A stretch of 64,000 bases of DNA from an uncultured Acidobacteriota bacterium (GTDB lineage: Bacteria > Acidobacteriota > Thermoanaerobaculia > Multivoradales > SZUA-115). This document shows positions 18,042 to 29,016 of this stretch, one piece after another. The stretch is from assembly GCA_963805975.1 (NCBI GenBank), contig CAWDVR010000003.1:832001-896000 (forward strand), read 5' to 3'. The number at the start of each line of letters is the position of its first letter. The first letter of the stretch is position 1. The position numbers and the translations under genes are program-made. Under the pieces are notes generated by a model that did no database searches, was not told the DNA's origin, and saw only the letters and a program-made list of their open reading frames with translations.

Positions 18042-21000
18042 TTGCGTCGCGAAGCGGAGCGCAGCCCGACCTTCCTGTCGCGCGTGGCCGCCGCCATCCC
18101 GGCCCGCGCCCGGGATCGGGGAGAAGGGTATTTCCTCCACGACCTGGTCGAGCTCGAGCGGGTCGGCGAGGGCGTGGCCGAGGCCACGGTGCAGGGCACC
18201 CGGCCCTACGACGTGCGGCTCCGCAGGGTGGGCAAGCGCCTGGTCTGCTCCTGCACCTGCCCTTACTTCGAGCGTGAAGCCTCGGCGTGCAAGCACGTCT
18301 GGGCGCTCGTCCTGGCGCTCGACGAGGGTGGGCAGCTCGAAGGCTTCGACGACGGCCGGCCGGTGAGCCTGGAGGCGGTCGAGCCCGACGCAGGGTACGG
18401 GGAGGCCGCAGCGGAGATCGACCGGGACGGCGCCGGTGCCGATTCCCGGGCGCGTGCCAGGCCTGGCGCCGTGCGCAGCGGGGCCGCAGGCACCTGGCGC
18501 GAGGTGTTCGGGAACTTCCCGTCGCCCCGGCTCGATCCCTTCGCCGAGGACCGCCTCGCGCTGTGGATGCGCCGCGAGCTGCTCTACACGGTCAGCGCCC
18601 CGGAGACCCTCGACGGCAGGGGTCTCGCGCTGGCCGTGTCGATGCGCGAACCGCGACAGAACGGCACCTGGGGCAGGGCCCGGCAGCAGCGCATCCCCTT
18701 CGACGACCTGCCCCTCCTGCCCAGCCCTCAGGACCGGCAGATCCTGGCGGTGCTGGCGGGCGCCCACGACGGCTCCTACGGCGGGTACTCCTTCTCCTAC
18801 TCGCGCGAGATTCAACCGCGCAACCGGCTCCGCGGGCCCCTGGTCGACGTGGTGCTGCCGCTCGCGGCCGGCACCGGCCGGCTGCTCCTGCTGCCCCGAG
18901 ACGGCTCGCGGGAGCCGCTGCCGATCCGTCTGGACGAAGGAGGGCCCTGGGAGATCGCGTTGTCGCTACGGCCGGCGGACGATGCCGCGAGCTATCGCGT
19001 GGCCGGTGAGCTGGCGCGGGGCGCCGACCGGCTGCCGTTGGCCGCGGTGGAGCTGGCGCTCGCGGACGGCTGGTTCTTCACCCGCGGCGAGCTCTGCCGC
19101 TGGAGCTCCCCGGGAGCGTTCCCGTGGTTCTCGGCGCTGCGCAACCAGCCACCGATCTCGCTGCCGCGCGGCGAAGCCGCCGACTGGCTGGCCATGGTGC
19201 TGGCGCAACCGCACCTGCCGCGGCTCGAGCTGCCGCCCGATCTCGGGTTCGAGGTCGTGGCGGCCGCGCCCGCCCCGCGGCTCTCCATCCGCCCGGCGGC
19301 AGGCGCCAAGGGCCTCGCCGCCGAGCTTGCCTTCGACTACGGCGAGCGGACCGTGGCCTGGAGCGCGCCGAGCCAAGAGCTCTTCGACCGCGAGGCGCTC
19401 AAGCTCTGGCGGCGCGACTTGGCCGCGGAGCAGGCGGCCCGCGACCGGCTCACGGCCCTCGGCCTGCGCCCGGCGCCGGAGGATCCCGCGGCCCTGGCTC
19501 TTCCCGAGGGCGACCTGCCGCGGGTGGTGCGGGAGCTGGTGGCGGCCGGTTGGCGGGTGGAGGCGGAGGGCCGTCCGGTACGGCGCTCCGGCACCCTCAA
19601 CCTCGCGGTCTCCTCGGGGCTGGACTGGTTCGATCTCTCGGCCGAAGCGGTGTTCGAGGGCGAGACCGCGGCCCTGCCCGAGATCCTGGCGGCCCTCGAG
19701 CGCGGGCAGGGCTTCGTGCGGCTGGGGGACGGCAGCCTGGGGCTTCTGCCGGAGGACTGGCTCCGCCAGCGCGGCCTGCTGGGGGCGCTCGGCAAGCCGG
19801 CCGGCCGGGCCCTGCGGTTCGGCCGGGTGCAGATCGGCATGCTCGACGCGCTGCTCGCCGGCGAGCCGCAGCTCGAGGCCGACGCGGCCTTCGAGGAGGC
19901 GCGGCGCGAGCTCGCCCGGTTCGAAGGCGTCCGTCCGTCCGACCCGCCGGCCGGCTTTGCCGGCACGCTCCGCGAGTACCAGCGCCTGGGGCTCGGCTGG
20001 CTCCATTTCCTCCGCCGCTTCGGCTTCGGCGGCTGCCTGGCGGACGACATGGGCCTGGGCAAGACGGTGCAGGTGCTGGCGCTCCTGGCCGGGGAGGCGG
20101 GCGGGCCGCAGCCGTCGCTGGTGGTGGCCCCGCGCTCGGTGGTCTTCAACTGGCTGGCCGAGGCCCGGCGCTTCGCCCCGCATCTGCGGGTGGCGGCGCA
20201 TTCCGGCGCCGACCGCGCCCGCACCCCCACGTCCTTCGCCGCCTTGGACCTGGTGATCACCACCTACGGCCTGCTGCGCGAGGACACGGAGCTCCTCTCC
20301 CAGGTGCAGTGGAACTACGTCATCCTGGACGAGGCGCAGGCGATCAAGAACGCCGACAGCCAGACGGCCAGGGCGGCGAGGCTCCTCCCCGGCCGCCATC
20401 GCCTGGCTCTCTCGGGCACGCCGATCGAGAACCACCTGGGCGAGCTGTGGAGCCTGTTCGAGTTCCTGAACCCCGGCCTCCTGGGTCGCGCCTCGGCTTT
20501 CCAGAAGCGGAGCGCCCGGCCCGAGGCCGCCGAGCGGGCGCTGCTGGCCGGCGCGCTGCGCCCCTTCATCCTGCGCCGCACCAAGGAGCAGGTGCTGCCC
20601 GAGCTGCCGCCGAAAACGGAGCAGACGCTGTTCTGCGACCTCGAGCCCAAGGAGCGGCGGCGCTACGACGAGCTCAAGGGCTTCTATCAGGCCGCGCTCC
20701 GCACCAGCGTCGAGAAGCTGGGCTGGGCGCGGTCCAAGATCCACGTGCTCGAGGCTTTGCTGCGGCTGCGGCAGGCCGCGTGCCACCCGGGCCTGATCGA
20801 TGCCAAGAGCCTGCAGGAGCCGAGCGCCAAGCTCGAGGCCCTGCTGCCGCTCCTCGCCGAGGTGCTCGAAGGCGGGCACAAGGCGCTGGTGTTCTCCCAG
20901 TTCACCAGCCTCCTGGCCATCGTGCGCGACCGCCTCGACGCGGCGGGCACCGAGTACCTGTACCTGGACGGCCAGACCCGCGACCGCGAAGCCCTGGTGA

Positions 21001-21329
21001 CCCGCTTCCAGACCGACCCCGAGCGCCGGCTCTTCCTGATCAGCCTCAAGGCCGGCGGCCTGGGCCTCAACCTGACGGCGGCGGACTACGTCTTCCTGCT
21101 CGACCCGTGGTGGAACCCGGCGGTGGAAGCGCAGGCCATCGACCGCGCCCACCGCATCGGCCAGGAGCGCCACGTCTTCGCCTACCGCCTGGTGGCTCGC
21201 GACACGGTGGAGGAGAAGATCCTCGCGCTACAAGAGACCAAGCGCGACTTGGCGGACTCGATCATCAACCAGGACAACAGCCTCATCCGCCGCCTGACGC
21301 GGGAGGACCTGGAGCTGTTGTTGGGGTAG
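18042..21329 (+). CDS. SWIM zinc finger plus SNF2-family helicase
   Basis: CSCTCP...CKH SWIM motif; LADDMGLGKT, LDEAQAIKN, SGTPIENHL, SLKAGGLGLNL, QAIDRAHRIGQ. Confidence 0.93.
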   Translation: MRREAERSPTFLSRVAAAIPARARDRGEGYFLHDLVELERVGEGVAEATVQGTRPYDVRLRRVGKRLVCSCTCPYFEREASACKHVWALVLALDEGGQLEGFDDGRPVSLEAVEPDAGYGEAAAEIDRDGAGADSRARARPGAVRSGAAGTWREVFGNFPSPRLDPFAEDRLALWMRRELLYTVSAPETLDGRGLALAVSMREPRQNGTWGRARQQRIPFDDLPLLPSPQDRQILAVLAGAHDGSYGGYSFSYSREIQPRNRLRGPLVDVVLPLAAGTGRLLLLPRDGSREPLPIRLDEGGPWEIALSLRPADDAASYRVAGELARGADRLPLAAVELALADGWFFTRGELCRWSSPGAFPWFSALRNQPPISLPRGEAADWLAMVLAQPHLPRLELPPDLGFEVVAAAPAPRLSIRPAAGAKGLAAELAFDYGERTVAWSAPSQELFDREALKLWRRDLAAEQAARDRLTALGLRPAPEDPAALALPEGDLPRVVRELVAAGWRVEAEGRPVRRSGTLNLAVSSGLDWFDLSAEAVFEGETAALPEILAALERGQGFVRLGDGSLGLLPEDWLRQRGLLGALGKPAGRALRFGRVQIGMLDALLAGEPQLEADAAFEEARRELARFEGVRPSDPPAGFAGTLREYQRLGLGWLHFLRRFGFGGCLADDMGLGKTVQVLALLAGEAGGPQPSLVVAPRSVVFNWLAEARRFAPHLRVAAHSGADRARTPTSFAALDLVITTYGLLREDTELLSQVQWNYVILDEAQAIKNADSQTARAARLLPGRHRLALSGTPIENHLGELWSLFEFLNPGLLGRASAFQKRSARPEAAERALLAGALRPFILRRTKEQVLPELPPKTEQTLFCDLEPKERRRYDELKGFYQAALRTSVEKLGWARSKIHVLEALLRLRQAACHPGLIDAKSLQEPSAKLEALLPLLAEVLEGGHKALVFSQFTSLLAIVRDRLDAAGTEYLYLDGQTRDREALVTRFQTDPERRLFLISLKAGGLGLNLTAADYVFLLDPWWNPAVEAQAIDRAHRIGQERHVFAYRLVARDTVEEKILALQETKRDLADSIINQDNSLIRRLTREDLELLLG

Positions 21330-21373
21330 TAGCGATGTTCCTCCGACCCCTGTCGTAGATTCGCCGACGACAA

Positions 21374-21379
21374 TATAAT
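21374..21379 (+). promoter_or_regulatory. Putative -10 box (TATAAT) upstream of the Vps10/BNR hydrolase gene
   Basis: Consensus TATAAT in a GC-rich background, about 50 bp before the ATG; AGGAGG RBS follows. Confidence 0.45.
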
Positions 21380-21426
21380 TCCCGGTGGCCCGCTGGTTTT
21401 TTCACCTTCCGCAGGAGGATCGTCGC

Positions 21427-24400
21427 ATGCGCCCGCGCCGTGCCCGGCTTGTCTTCGCCCTCGCCGTCTCGTTCGTCTCCCTGCTCTTCGTTCCCGGCCT
21501 CGAAGCCGCCCGCGCCAAGCCCAAGGAGGCGCCGGCCGAGGCCAAGCCCGTCGTGGACCCGGCCCTCTTCTCGAGCCTCGACTGGCGCGAGGTCGGGCCC
21601 TACCGGGGTGGCAGGTCGGCAGCGGTGACCGGGGTGCCGGGCCAGCCCAACCTCTACTACTTCGGCTCGACCGGCGGCGGGGTGTGGAAGACGACGGACG
21701 GCGGCAACACCTGGAAGTGCGTCTCGGACGGCTTCTTCGGCGGCTCGATCGGCGCCGTGGCGGTCTCCGAGTGGGACCCCAACGTGATCTACGCCGGCAC
21801 CGGCGAGAAGACGGTGCGCGGCAACGTCTCCTCGGGCGACGGGATGTGGAAGTCGACCGACGCCGGCAAGACCTGGAAGCACGCCGGCCTCGCCGACTCG
21901 CGGCACATCCCCCGCGTGCGCATCCACCCCCGGAACCCGGAGCTGGTCTACGCGGCGGTCCTCGGCCATCTCTTCGGCCCCAACGAGGAGCGCGGCGTCT
22001 ACCGCTCAGAGGACGGCGGCAAGAGCTGGCAGCGGGTGCTGTTCGTCAACCCCGAGGTCGGCGCGGTGGATCTCGCGATGGACCCCACCAACCCGCGCGA
22101 TCCTCTATGCCACCACCTGGCGCGTGAAGCGCACGCCGTGGAGCCTCGAGAGCGGCGGCCCGGGCTCCGGCATCTGGAAGACCACGGACGGCGGCGACAC
22201 CTGGAACGAGCTGACCGCCAGCCCCAACCCCTCCAGCCCCAACCCGTCCAGTACCGGCCTGCCCAAGGGCCCGCTCGGCATCATCGGCATCACGGTCTCG
22301 CCCACCAACCCGGAGAACCTCTACGCCATCATCGAGGCCGAGGAGGGCGGCGTCTTCCGCTCGCAGGACGCCGGCAAGACCTGGGAACGGACCAACCAGA
22401 GCCGCGACCTGCGCCAGCGCGCCTGGTACTACACCCGCATCTACGCCGATCCCGCGGACCAGGAGAGCGTCTACGTGGTGAACGTGCGCTTCCACCGCTC
22501 GAAGGACGGCGGCAAGACGTTCAGCGCCAGCCGCACCCCGCACGGCGACAACCACGACCTGTGGATCGCGCCCGAGAACCCGTTGCGCATGATCGAGTCG
22601 AACGACGGCGGCGCCAACGTCTCGACCGACGGCGGCCGGACCTGGACCACCCAGAGCAACCAGCCCACCTCGCAGATCTACCGCGTGTCGACCGACAACG
22701 CCTTCCCCTACCGCCTGCTGGGCGGCCAGCAGGACAACACCGCGCTGCGCATCCGCTCGCGCTCGGTCAACGGCGGCGGCATCGGCGAGCAGGACTGGGA
22801 GGTCACGGCCGGCGGCGAGAGCGGCTTCGTGGTCGCCAAGCCGGACGAGCCGGACGTGGTCTACGGCGGCTCCTACGGCGGCCTGCTGGAGCGCCGGGAC
22901 CACCGCACGGGCCAGTCGCGGATGGTCAACGTCTGGCCGGACGACCCGATGGGCGCCGGCGCCGCGGACTTGAAGTACCGCTTCCAGTGGAACTTCCCGA
23001 TCTTCTTCTCGCCCCACGACGCCGACACGCTCTACGCCGCGGCCAACGTGCTGTTCCGGAGCCGCGACGGCGGCGAGCACTGGGAAGCGGTCTCCGGCGA
23101 CCTGACCAGGAACGACAAGTCGAAGCAGGGACCCTCGGGCGGCCCGATCACCAAGGACAACACCAGCGTCGAGTACTACAGCACGATCTTCGCGGCGCTC
23201 GAGTCGCCCCACGAGCCGGACGTGCTGTGGGCGGGCTCGGACGACGGCCTGGTGCACGTGACGCGCGACGGCGGCAAGACCTGGAAGAACGTCACCCCGC
23301 CGGGCCTCCCCGAGTGGTCGATGGTCAACGCGCTCGACGCCGATCCGTTCGAGAAGGGCGGGCTCTATCTCGCGGCCACCCGCTACAAGCTCGACGACGA
23401 CACGCCCTATCTCTTCAAGACCACGGACTACGGCGCCACCTGGAAGCGGATCGACGGCGGCATCGACCGCGGGCACTTCACCCGCGTGGTGCGCGCCGAC
23501 CCGGGCCGCCGCGGCCTGCTCTACGCCGGCACCGAGCGCGGGATGTACGCCTCGTTCGACGACGGTGCGCACTGGCAGTCGTTGCAGCTCAACCTGCCGC
23601 GCGTGCCGGTGACCGACCTGGCGGTGAAGAACGGCGACCTCGTCGCCGCCACCCAGGGGCGCGGCTTCTGGATCCTCGACGACCTGGGCGTGCTGCACCA
23701 GGCGAAGCCCGAGCTCGCCGCGCAGCCGGCCCATCTCTACCCGCCGCGTCCGGCGGACCGCGCCTCGGGCTTCCGTATCGAGGAGCCGCGCGGCATGGGC
23801 AAGAACCCTCACTCCGGCGTGGTGTTTCACTACCTCCTGCCGCAAGAGCTGCCCAAGGACCAGAAGCTCCAGCTCGAGATCCTCGACGACCGCGGCGAGC
23901 TCATCCAGACCTTCACCCGGAAAGCCGAGCCCGGGAAAGAGGAAGAGAAGGAAGAGGGAGGAGCCTGGAGCTACTTCGAAGCGCCGGAGACCCGGATCCT
24001 CACCGTCAAGAAGGGCGGCAACCGCGTGGCCTGGGACCTTCTCCTGCCGCCTGCCGAGCGCTTCCCGGGCCTCATCCTGTGGAACGACGCGCTCGACGGC
24101 CCGACGGTCGGGGCCGGCCGGTACCAGGCTCGCCTGACGGTGGGGGAGTGGAGCTCGACGGTGCCGTTCGAGGTGGTGCCCGACCCGCGCTCCATGGCCA
24201 CCGCCGCCGAGCGCCAGGCGCAGTTCGAGTTCGTGCGCGGGATACGCGACAAGCTCTCCGAGGCCCACCGCGAGATCGCCCGCCTGCGCGAGGTGCGCGA
24301 CCAGATCGACGGCCTGAAGAAGCGCCTGGGCAAGGACGAGAAGGCCAAGGCGGTGATCGAGGCCGGAGACGCGCTCAAGGCCAAGCTGGCGGCGATCGAG

Positions 24401-24691
24401 GAGGTGCTCTACCAGACCAAGAACAAGAGCGCCCAGGACCCGCTCAACTACCCCGTGCGCCTGAACGACAAGCTGGCCGGTGTGCTGGCCCTGGCGGCGG
24501 CGAGCGACGGCGCGCCGACCGCCTCGATGGTCGCCGTGCGCCAAGAGCTGACGGCGGCGATCGACGCCGAGCTCGCCAAGCTGGCGGCGATCTGGAAGGA
24601 CGACCTGGCCGCGTTCAACCGTCTGGCCCGGGAGTCCGAGGTGCCGGCCCTGGCGTTGCCGCCGGAGAAGAAGCCGGCGAGCAGCCCGTAG
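21427..24691 (+). pseudogene. Vps10/sortilin-like BNR-repeat glycosyl hydrolase, frameshifted at about 22099 (true pseudogene or sequencing error)
   Basis: WREVGPYRGGRS and repeated KTTDGG.TW Asp-boxes; removing one G at 22099 restores DPTNPRILYATTWRVKRTPW and joins the two ORFs. Confidence 0.85.
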
Positions 24692-24712
24692 CGAGCGCCC
24701 CTCGACCCCTGC

Positions 24713-24790
24713 CCTCTCCCGCGGGAAGCGGGAGTGAGCGTCCAGACGTAGGGGCGACCGGCGGTCGCCCCTGGTCTTCGCGGGAGAGGG
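24713..24790. repeat. Nested palindromic repeats: GTAG-type REP inside a CCCTCTCCCGCG...CGCGGGAGAGGG inverted repeat
   Basis: gtaggggcgaccggcggtcgcccct at 24748-24772, flanked by ccctctcccgcg and cgcgggagaggg. Confidence 0.65.
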
Positions 24791-24869
24791 ACGAGGTGCC
24801 GGCCGTCGTCCTCGACACCTCCAACCTCCTCTGCTACCTTGGTCTCCCACTCACCACAGGGAGACCGGC

Positions 24870-25373
24870 ATGCTTTCCGGCCCGACCTCGAAAGCCGAGA
24901 CCAACCAACTGGCGGATCAGCTCGAGCGCACCTTCCGCGGCGGCGCCTGGCACGGGCCGGCCGTGGCCGAGGCGTTGGACGGAGTGACCGCCGCCGCCGC
25001 CTCGCTTCGCCCGGTGGCCGGCGGGCACACCATCTGGCAGATCGTCCACCACGTCGGGGTCTGGATCGACGTGGCGCGGCGCCGGATCGAGGGCGAGGCG
25101 TTGGAAGATGTGCCCGAGTCCGAGGACTGGCCGAGCCGCCTCGGCCCCTCGGCACCGGAATGGGAGGCGGAGGTGGAGGCTCTCGAGGAGGCGCACCGGC
25201 GGCTCTTCGCCACGGTGAAGGGCCTGGACGACTCCCGCCTGGGGGACCCGGTGGGGGGCTCCGACCCCACGGTGCGCGGCATGCTCTTCGGCGTGCTGCA
25301 GCACAATGCCTACCACGCCGGCCAGATCATGGTCCTGCGCAAGGCCGGCGAGGTCGCCGGGGGCGCCGGATGA
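24870..25373 (+). CDS. DinB family protein
   Basis: GGAWHGP, HTIWQIVHH, QHNAYHAGQI. Confidence 0.88.
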   Translation: MLSGPTSKAETNQLADQLERTFRGGAWHGPAVAEALDGVTAAAASLRPVAGGHTIWQIVHHVGVWIDVARRRIEGEALEDVPESEDWPSRLGPSAPEWEAEVEALEEAHRRLFATVKGLDDSRLGDPVGGSDPTVRGMLFGVLQHNAYHAGQIMVLRKAGEVAGGAG

Positions 25374-26371
25374 GTCCCGGCGAGGAGCGCCTGCGCGAGG
25401 TGCTGCGGTCGCGCCGCGACCGGCTCGCGGAGGCCGTGGCCGCGAGCCCGGAGGAGCGCATGGTCGAGCTCCTGCGCCGCGTGGACACGGCCCTCGGCCG
25501 CGAGGTCGCGGAGTGGAGCCTCTGCCGGGTGTGCGGGGAGGCGATGTCCCCCGCGCACTTGGCGGCCCACCCGCCGGTCGCCGATCCTTTGCTCGCCGAT
25601 CCTCTGGTGAGGGTCTGCCTCGAGTGCCTCTCGCCGGCCGAGCTGCGGGCTCTCGAGCTCGACCTGCAGAAGGCCGCCGGCGTGCAGCGGTCCCTCCTGC
25701 CGCCGCGCGAGCTGGCGCACTCCGGCTGGGAGGCCGCCTGGCTGTGGGAGCCGCGCGGTGCGGTCTCCGGCGACCACATCGACTTCCTCCTGCCGCAGAG
25801 GCCCGGGGAGCCGGTGCACCTGCTGCTGGGCGACGTCGCCGGCAAGGGAGTGGCGGCTTCGTTCCTCCAGTCCCATCTGCACGCGCTCTTTCGGGTGCTC
25901 GCCGGGCCCGACGTGGCCACACCGGAGCTGGTGAGGCGGGCCAACCTGCACTTCTACGAGGCCACCTCGGCCGCGAGCTACGCCACGCTGATCGCCGTCC
26001 GGCTCCATGCCGACGGCCGGGCCGAGATGACCAACGCCGGCCATCCCCGCCCGCTGCTGGCCGACCGGCGCGGCGTGCGGCCGGTCGAAGGCTCGGGGCT
26101 GCCGCTCGGCCTCTTCCGCGAGGCGGAGTTCGTGGGCCGCGAGGTGCGCATGGCGCGCGGAGACACGCTGCTCCTCTACTCGGACGGCCTCACCGAGGCG
26201 GAGGCCCAGGAGGAGGAATACGGCATCGGCCGGGCCGCGGCCGCCCTGCGCCGGGCCTTCCGCCTGCCGCTACCCGAGCTGCTGGCCGCCTGCCGGCAGG
26301 ACGTCGAGTCCTTCCTCGCCGGCGCGCCCCGCTCGGACGATCTCTCGCTCCTCGCCGTGCGCCGGGCCTGA
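25370..26371 (+). CDS. PP2C/SpoIIE (RsbU-like) phosphatase with N-terminal DksA/TraR-like C4 zinc finger
   Basis: CRVC...CLEC; VQRSLLP, VSGDH, GDVAGKG, NAGHP, YSDGLTE, DDLS. Confidence 0.88.
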   Translation: MSPGEERLREVLRSRRDRLAEAVAASPEERMVELLRRVDTALGREVAEWSLCRVCGEAMSPAHLAAHPPVADPLLADPLVRVCLECLSPAELRALELDLQKAAGVQRSLLPPRELAHSGWEAAWLWEPRGAVSGDHIDFLLPQRPGEPVHLLLGDVAGKGVAASFLQSHLHALFRVLAGPDVATPELVRRANLHFYEATSAASYATLIAVRLHADGRAEMTNAGHPRPLLADRRGVRPVEGSGLPLGLFREAEFVGREVRMARGDTLLLYSDGLTEAEAQEEEYGIGRAAAALRRAFRLPLPELLAACRQDVESFLAGAPRSDDLSLLAVRRA

Positions 26372-26478
26372 GAGCCTGCCCTGCGAGACTTGCCCTGGGC
26401 CGGGAACCGTCCGGGCCGTCGTTCGTATACCAGGTATCCGACACCAGGCCGCGCTGCGCCGGCGCGGGAAGGAGAATC

Positions 26479-28920
26479 ATGGGCAGCTTCCTGCAAGACC
26501 TCCGTCACGGGCTCCGCAACCTGCTCACCCGGCCGGGCTTCGCCATCGCCGCGGTGCTGGCGCTCGGTCTCGGCCTGGGGGCGAGCACCGCCATCTTCAG
26601 CGTGGTGGACGCGGTGGTCTTGCGACCGCTTCCCTATGCCCAACCCAACGAGCTGGTCATGCTCTGGGAGACCAGCGCTCCGAAGGGCCTCGACCACGAG
26701 CGCCTGTCGCCGGTGAACTTCGGCGACTACCGGGCCGCCAAACAGGTGTTCGAGGATGCCGCCGCCTGGTGGCACCCCGAGATCAATCTGCTGGACGAGA
26801 TCGGCGAGCCCATCCGGGTGACCACGGTCGAGACCTCGCGCAATCTGTTCCAGGTGCTCGGCGTCGAGCCGGAGGTGGGCCGCAGCTTCACCACCCGCGG
26901 CGCCGACCTCTACTCCGAGGAGCCCGAGGTGGTGATCAGCCACGCGCTCTGGATACGCCGCTATGGTGCGCACCCCGGCCTGGTGGGCCGCACCGTGCAG
27001 TTGAACGGCCGCCCGCACGAGGTGGTGGGCGTGATGCCGCCGGGCTTCCACTTCCCCGGCGACACCGACGTCTGGCAGGGCCTCGCCTGGAACCTCGCCA
27101 ACCACTCGCGCTTCGCCCACTTCATGGAGTCCGTGGCACGCCTGGCGCCCGGCGTCACGCGCGAGCGGGCGGCGGCCGAGCTGGAGGCGATCTCCGCGCG
27201 CCTCGAGGCCGACCACCAGGACTCGAACAAAGACTGGCGGGCGCGCGCCGTGGGTCTGCAAACCGAGGTGGTGGGCGACTTCCGGCCGCGCCTCCTGACC
27301 CTGCTGGTGGCGGTCGGGCTGCTGCTTCTCCTGGCCTGCGCCAACGTGGCCAACCTGCTCCTGGCGCGGGCCAGCACGCGGGACCGCGAGGTGGCGCTGC
27401 GCTCGGCCCTGGGCGCCGGCCGCGGGCGCCTGCTCCGCCAGTTCCTGACCGAGAGCCTGCTCCTCGCCGCGGCCGGCGCCGTGGTCGGCCTGAGCCTGGC
27501 CTACGCCGCCGTGCGCGTGCTCTCGACCGCCTCACCGATCGACATCCCGCGTCTCGCCGAGGTGACGCTCGACGGCCGGGTGCTGCTGTTCTCGCTCGCC
27601 GCAACTCTCGTGACCGCGGTCCTCTTCGGCATGGCCCCGGCGCTCCAGATGTCGAGCCCGGCGCTCCACGCCGGATTGAAGGAGGGTGGGAGGGGCGCGG
27701 GCGCCAGCCGTGGCCGCCGCCTGCTGCGCGCCGGCCTGGTGGTGCTGGAGGTGGCGGTGGCGGTGGTGCTGCTGGTTGGCGCCGGCCTTCTCGGCCGGAG
27801 CTTCCTCGCCCTGCTGCAGGAGAAACCGGGCTTCGAGCCCGCGGGCCTGGTCACCGCCAACGTGGAGCTGCCGGGCACCACCTACGGCGAGTGGACCAAG
27901 GTGGCGCAGTTCTCGACCGAGATCGTCGACCGGCTGGCGGCGCACCCGGAAGTGGCGTCGGCAGGCGCCGCCGGCTTCCTGCCGCTCGAGGCCGGCTGGC
28001 GCCCCAACTACTCGCTGCCGGACCAGCCCACGCCGGAGCCGGGCGAGGAGCCCTGGGCGCAGCTCGTGACCGTGACCCCCGGCTTCTTCGAGACGCTCGG
28101 CATCCAACTGCTCGCTGGGCGCTCCTTCAATCGCTTCGACACCCAGGACGCGCCGGGGGTGATGGTGGTCAACCAGGCGATGGCGCGCCGCGCCTGGCCG
28201 AACGAGAACGCGGTGGGCAAGCGCCTGGTTTCCGCGGCGCGTGCCATCGGCCCCCTCGGCCGCTCGCTGCGCCAGAGCCAGGAGTACGAGGTGGTGGGTG
28301 TGGTCAATGACGTCAAGAACAACTCGCTCGCCAGCGCCGCCGAGCCCACCACCTACGTGGTCTCGACCCAGTTCCCGTACCGCGCCGTGAACCTGGTGCT
28401 GCGCGGCAAGCAGGGCGCCGGCCGCCTGGGCGAGGTGCTGCGCAGCGAGGTCGCGCGACTGGACCCGGGGCTCGCGCTCTCCGACGTGCGGAGCGGCGAG
28501 CAGATCCTCGCCGGCTCGACGGCGTCGTCCCGTTTCTCGATGGTGCTGATGGGCGGCTTCGCGGGCCTCGCCCTGCTGCTCGCCGCGGTCGGCATCTACG
28601 GCGTGCTCTCCTACACCGTGGCGCAGCGCCGCGGCGAGATCGGCGTGCGCCTGGCGCTCGGCGCGCCGCCGGAGAAGGTACGGCGGTTGGTGGTGGCCGA
28701 AGGCATGGCCCTCGCCGGCCTCGGCGCCGCGATCGGCAGCCTGGCGGCCCTCGGTCTCGCGCGGCTCATGGCCTCCCTGCTCTTCGGCATCCAGGTCACC
28801 GACCTGCCGACCTTCTCCTCGGTAGCGCTCCTCATCCTCGCCGTCTCCCTGACCGCCTGCTACCTGCCGGCGAGACGAGCGTCGGCGGTCGATCCTCTGG
28901 AGGCACTGCGGGCGGAGTAG
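26479..28920 (+). CDS. ADOP-type duplicated ABC permease (MacB/FtsX domains)
   Basis: QDLRHGLRNL..RPGF, LLLACANVANLLLAR...RE..LR.ALGAGRGRL, GIYGVLSY.V.QR..EIGVRLALGA, PARRAS.VDP.EALRAE. Confidence 0.92.
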   Translation: MGSFLQDLRHGLRNLLTRPGFAIAAVLALGLGLGASTAIFSVVDAVVLRPLPYAQPNELVMLWETSAPKGLDHERLSPVNFGDYRAAKQVFEDAAAWWHPEINLLDEIGEPIRVTTVETSRNLFQVLGVEPEVGRSFTTRGADLYSEEPEVVISHALWIRRYGAHPGLVGRTVQLNGRPHEVVGVMPPGFHFPGDTDVWQGLAWNLANHSRFAHFMESVARLAPGVTRERAAAELEAISARLEADHQDSNKDWRARAVGLQTEVVGDFRPRLLTLLVAVGLLLLLACANVANLLLARASTRDREVALRSALGAGRGRLLRQFLTESLLLAAAGAVVGLSLAYAAVRVLSTASPIDIPRLAEVTLDGRVLLFSLAATLVTAVLFGMAPALQMSSPALHAGLKEGGRGAGASRGRRLLRAGLVVLEVAVAVVLLVGAGLLGRSFLALLQEKPGFEPAGLVTANVELPGTTYGEWTKVAQFSTEIVDRLAAHPEVASAGAAGFLPLEAGWRPNYSLPDQPTPEPGEEPWAQLVTVTPGFFETLGIQLLAGRSFNRFDTQDAPGVMVVNQAMARRAWPNENAVGKRLVSAARAIGPLGRSLRQSQEYEVVGVVNDVKNNSLASAAEPTTYVVSTQFPYRAVNLVLRGKQGAGRLGEVLRSEVARLDPGLALSDVRSGEQILAGSTASSRFSMVLMGGFAGLALLLAAVGIYGVLSYTVAQRRGEIGVRLALGAPPEKVRRLVVAEGMALAGLGAAIGSLAALGLARLMASLLFGIQVTDLPTFSSVALLILAVSLTACYLPARRASAVDPLEALRAE

Positions 28921-29016
28921 GGGGGCGCTTGGTGGCGGTGCTAGGGTACTGTCCGACCAAAGGACTGGGGCGATGCCGAGGCTCTGCGCCGCCGCTTTCG
29001 GCTTGGAGGACGAGTG

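Noticed and set aside
18042-21329. SNF2 helicase as an anti-phage defence system
   Set aside because: Stand-alone SWIM-SNF2 genes are common housekeeping-type genes, and no methylase, nuclease or other defence partners are adjacent.
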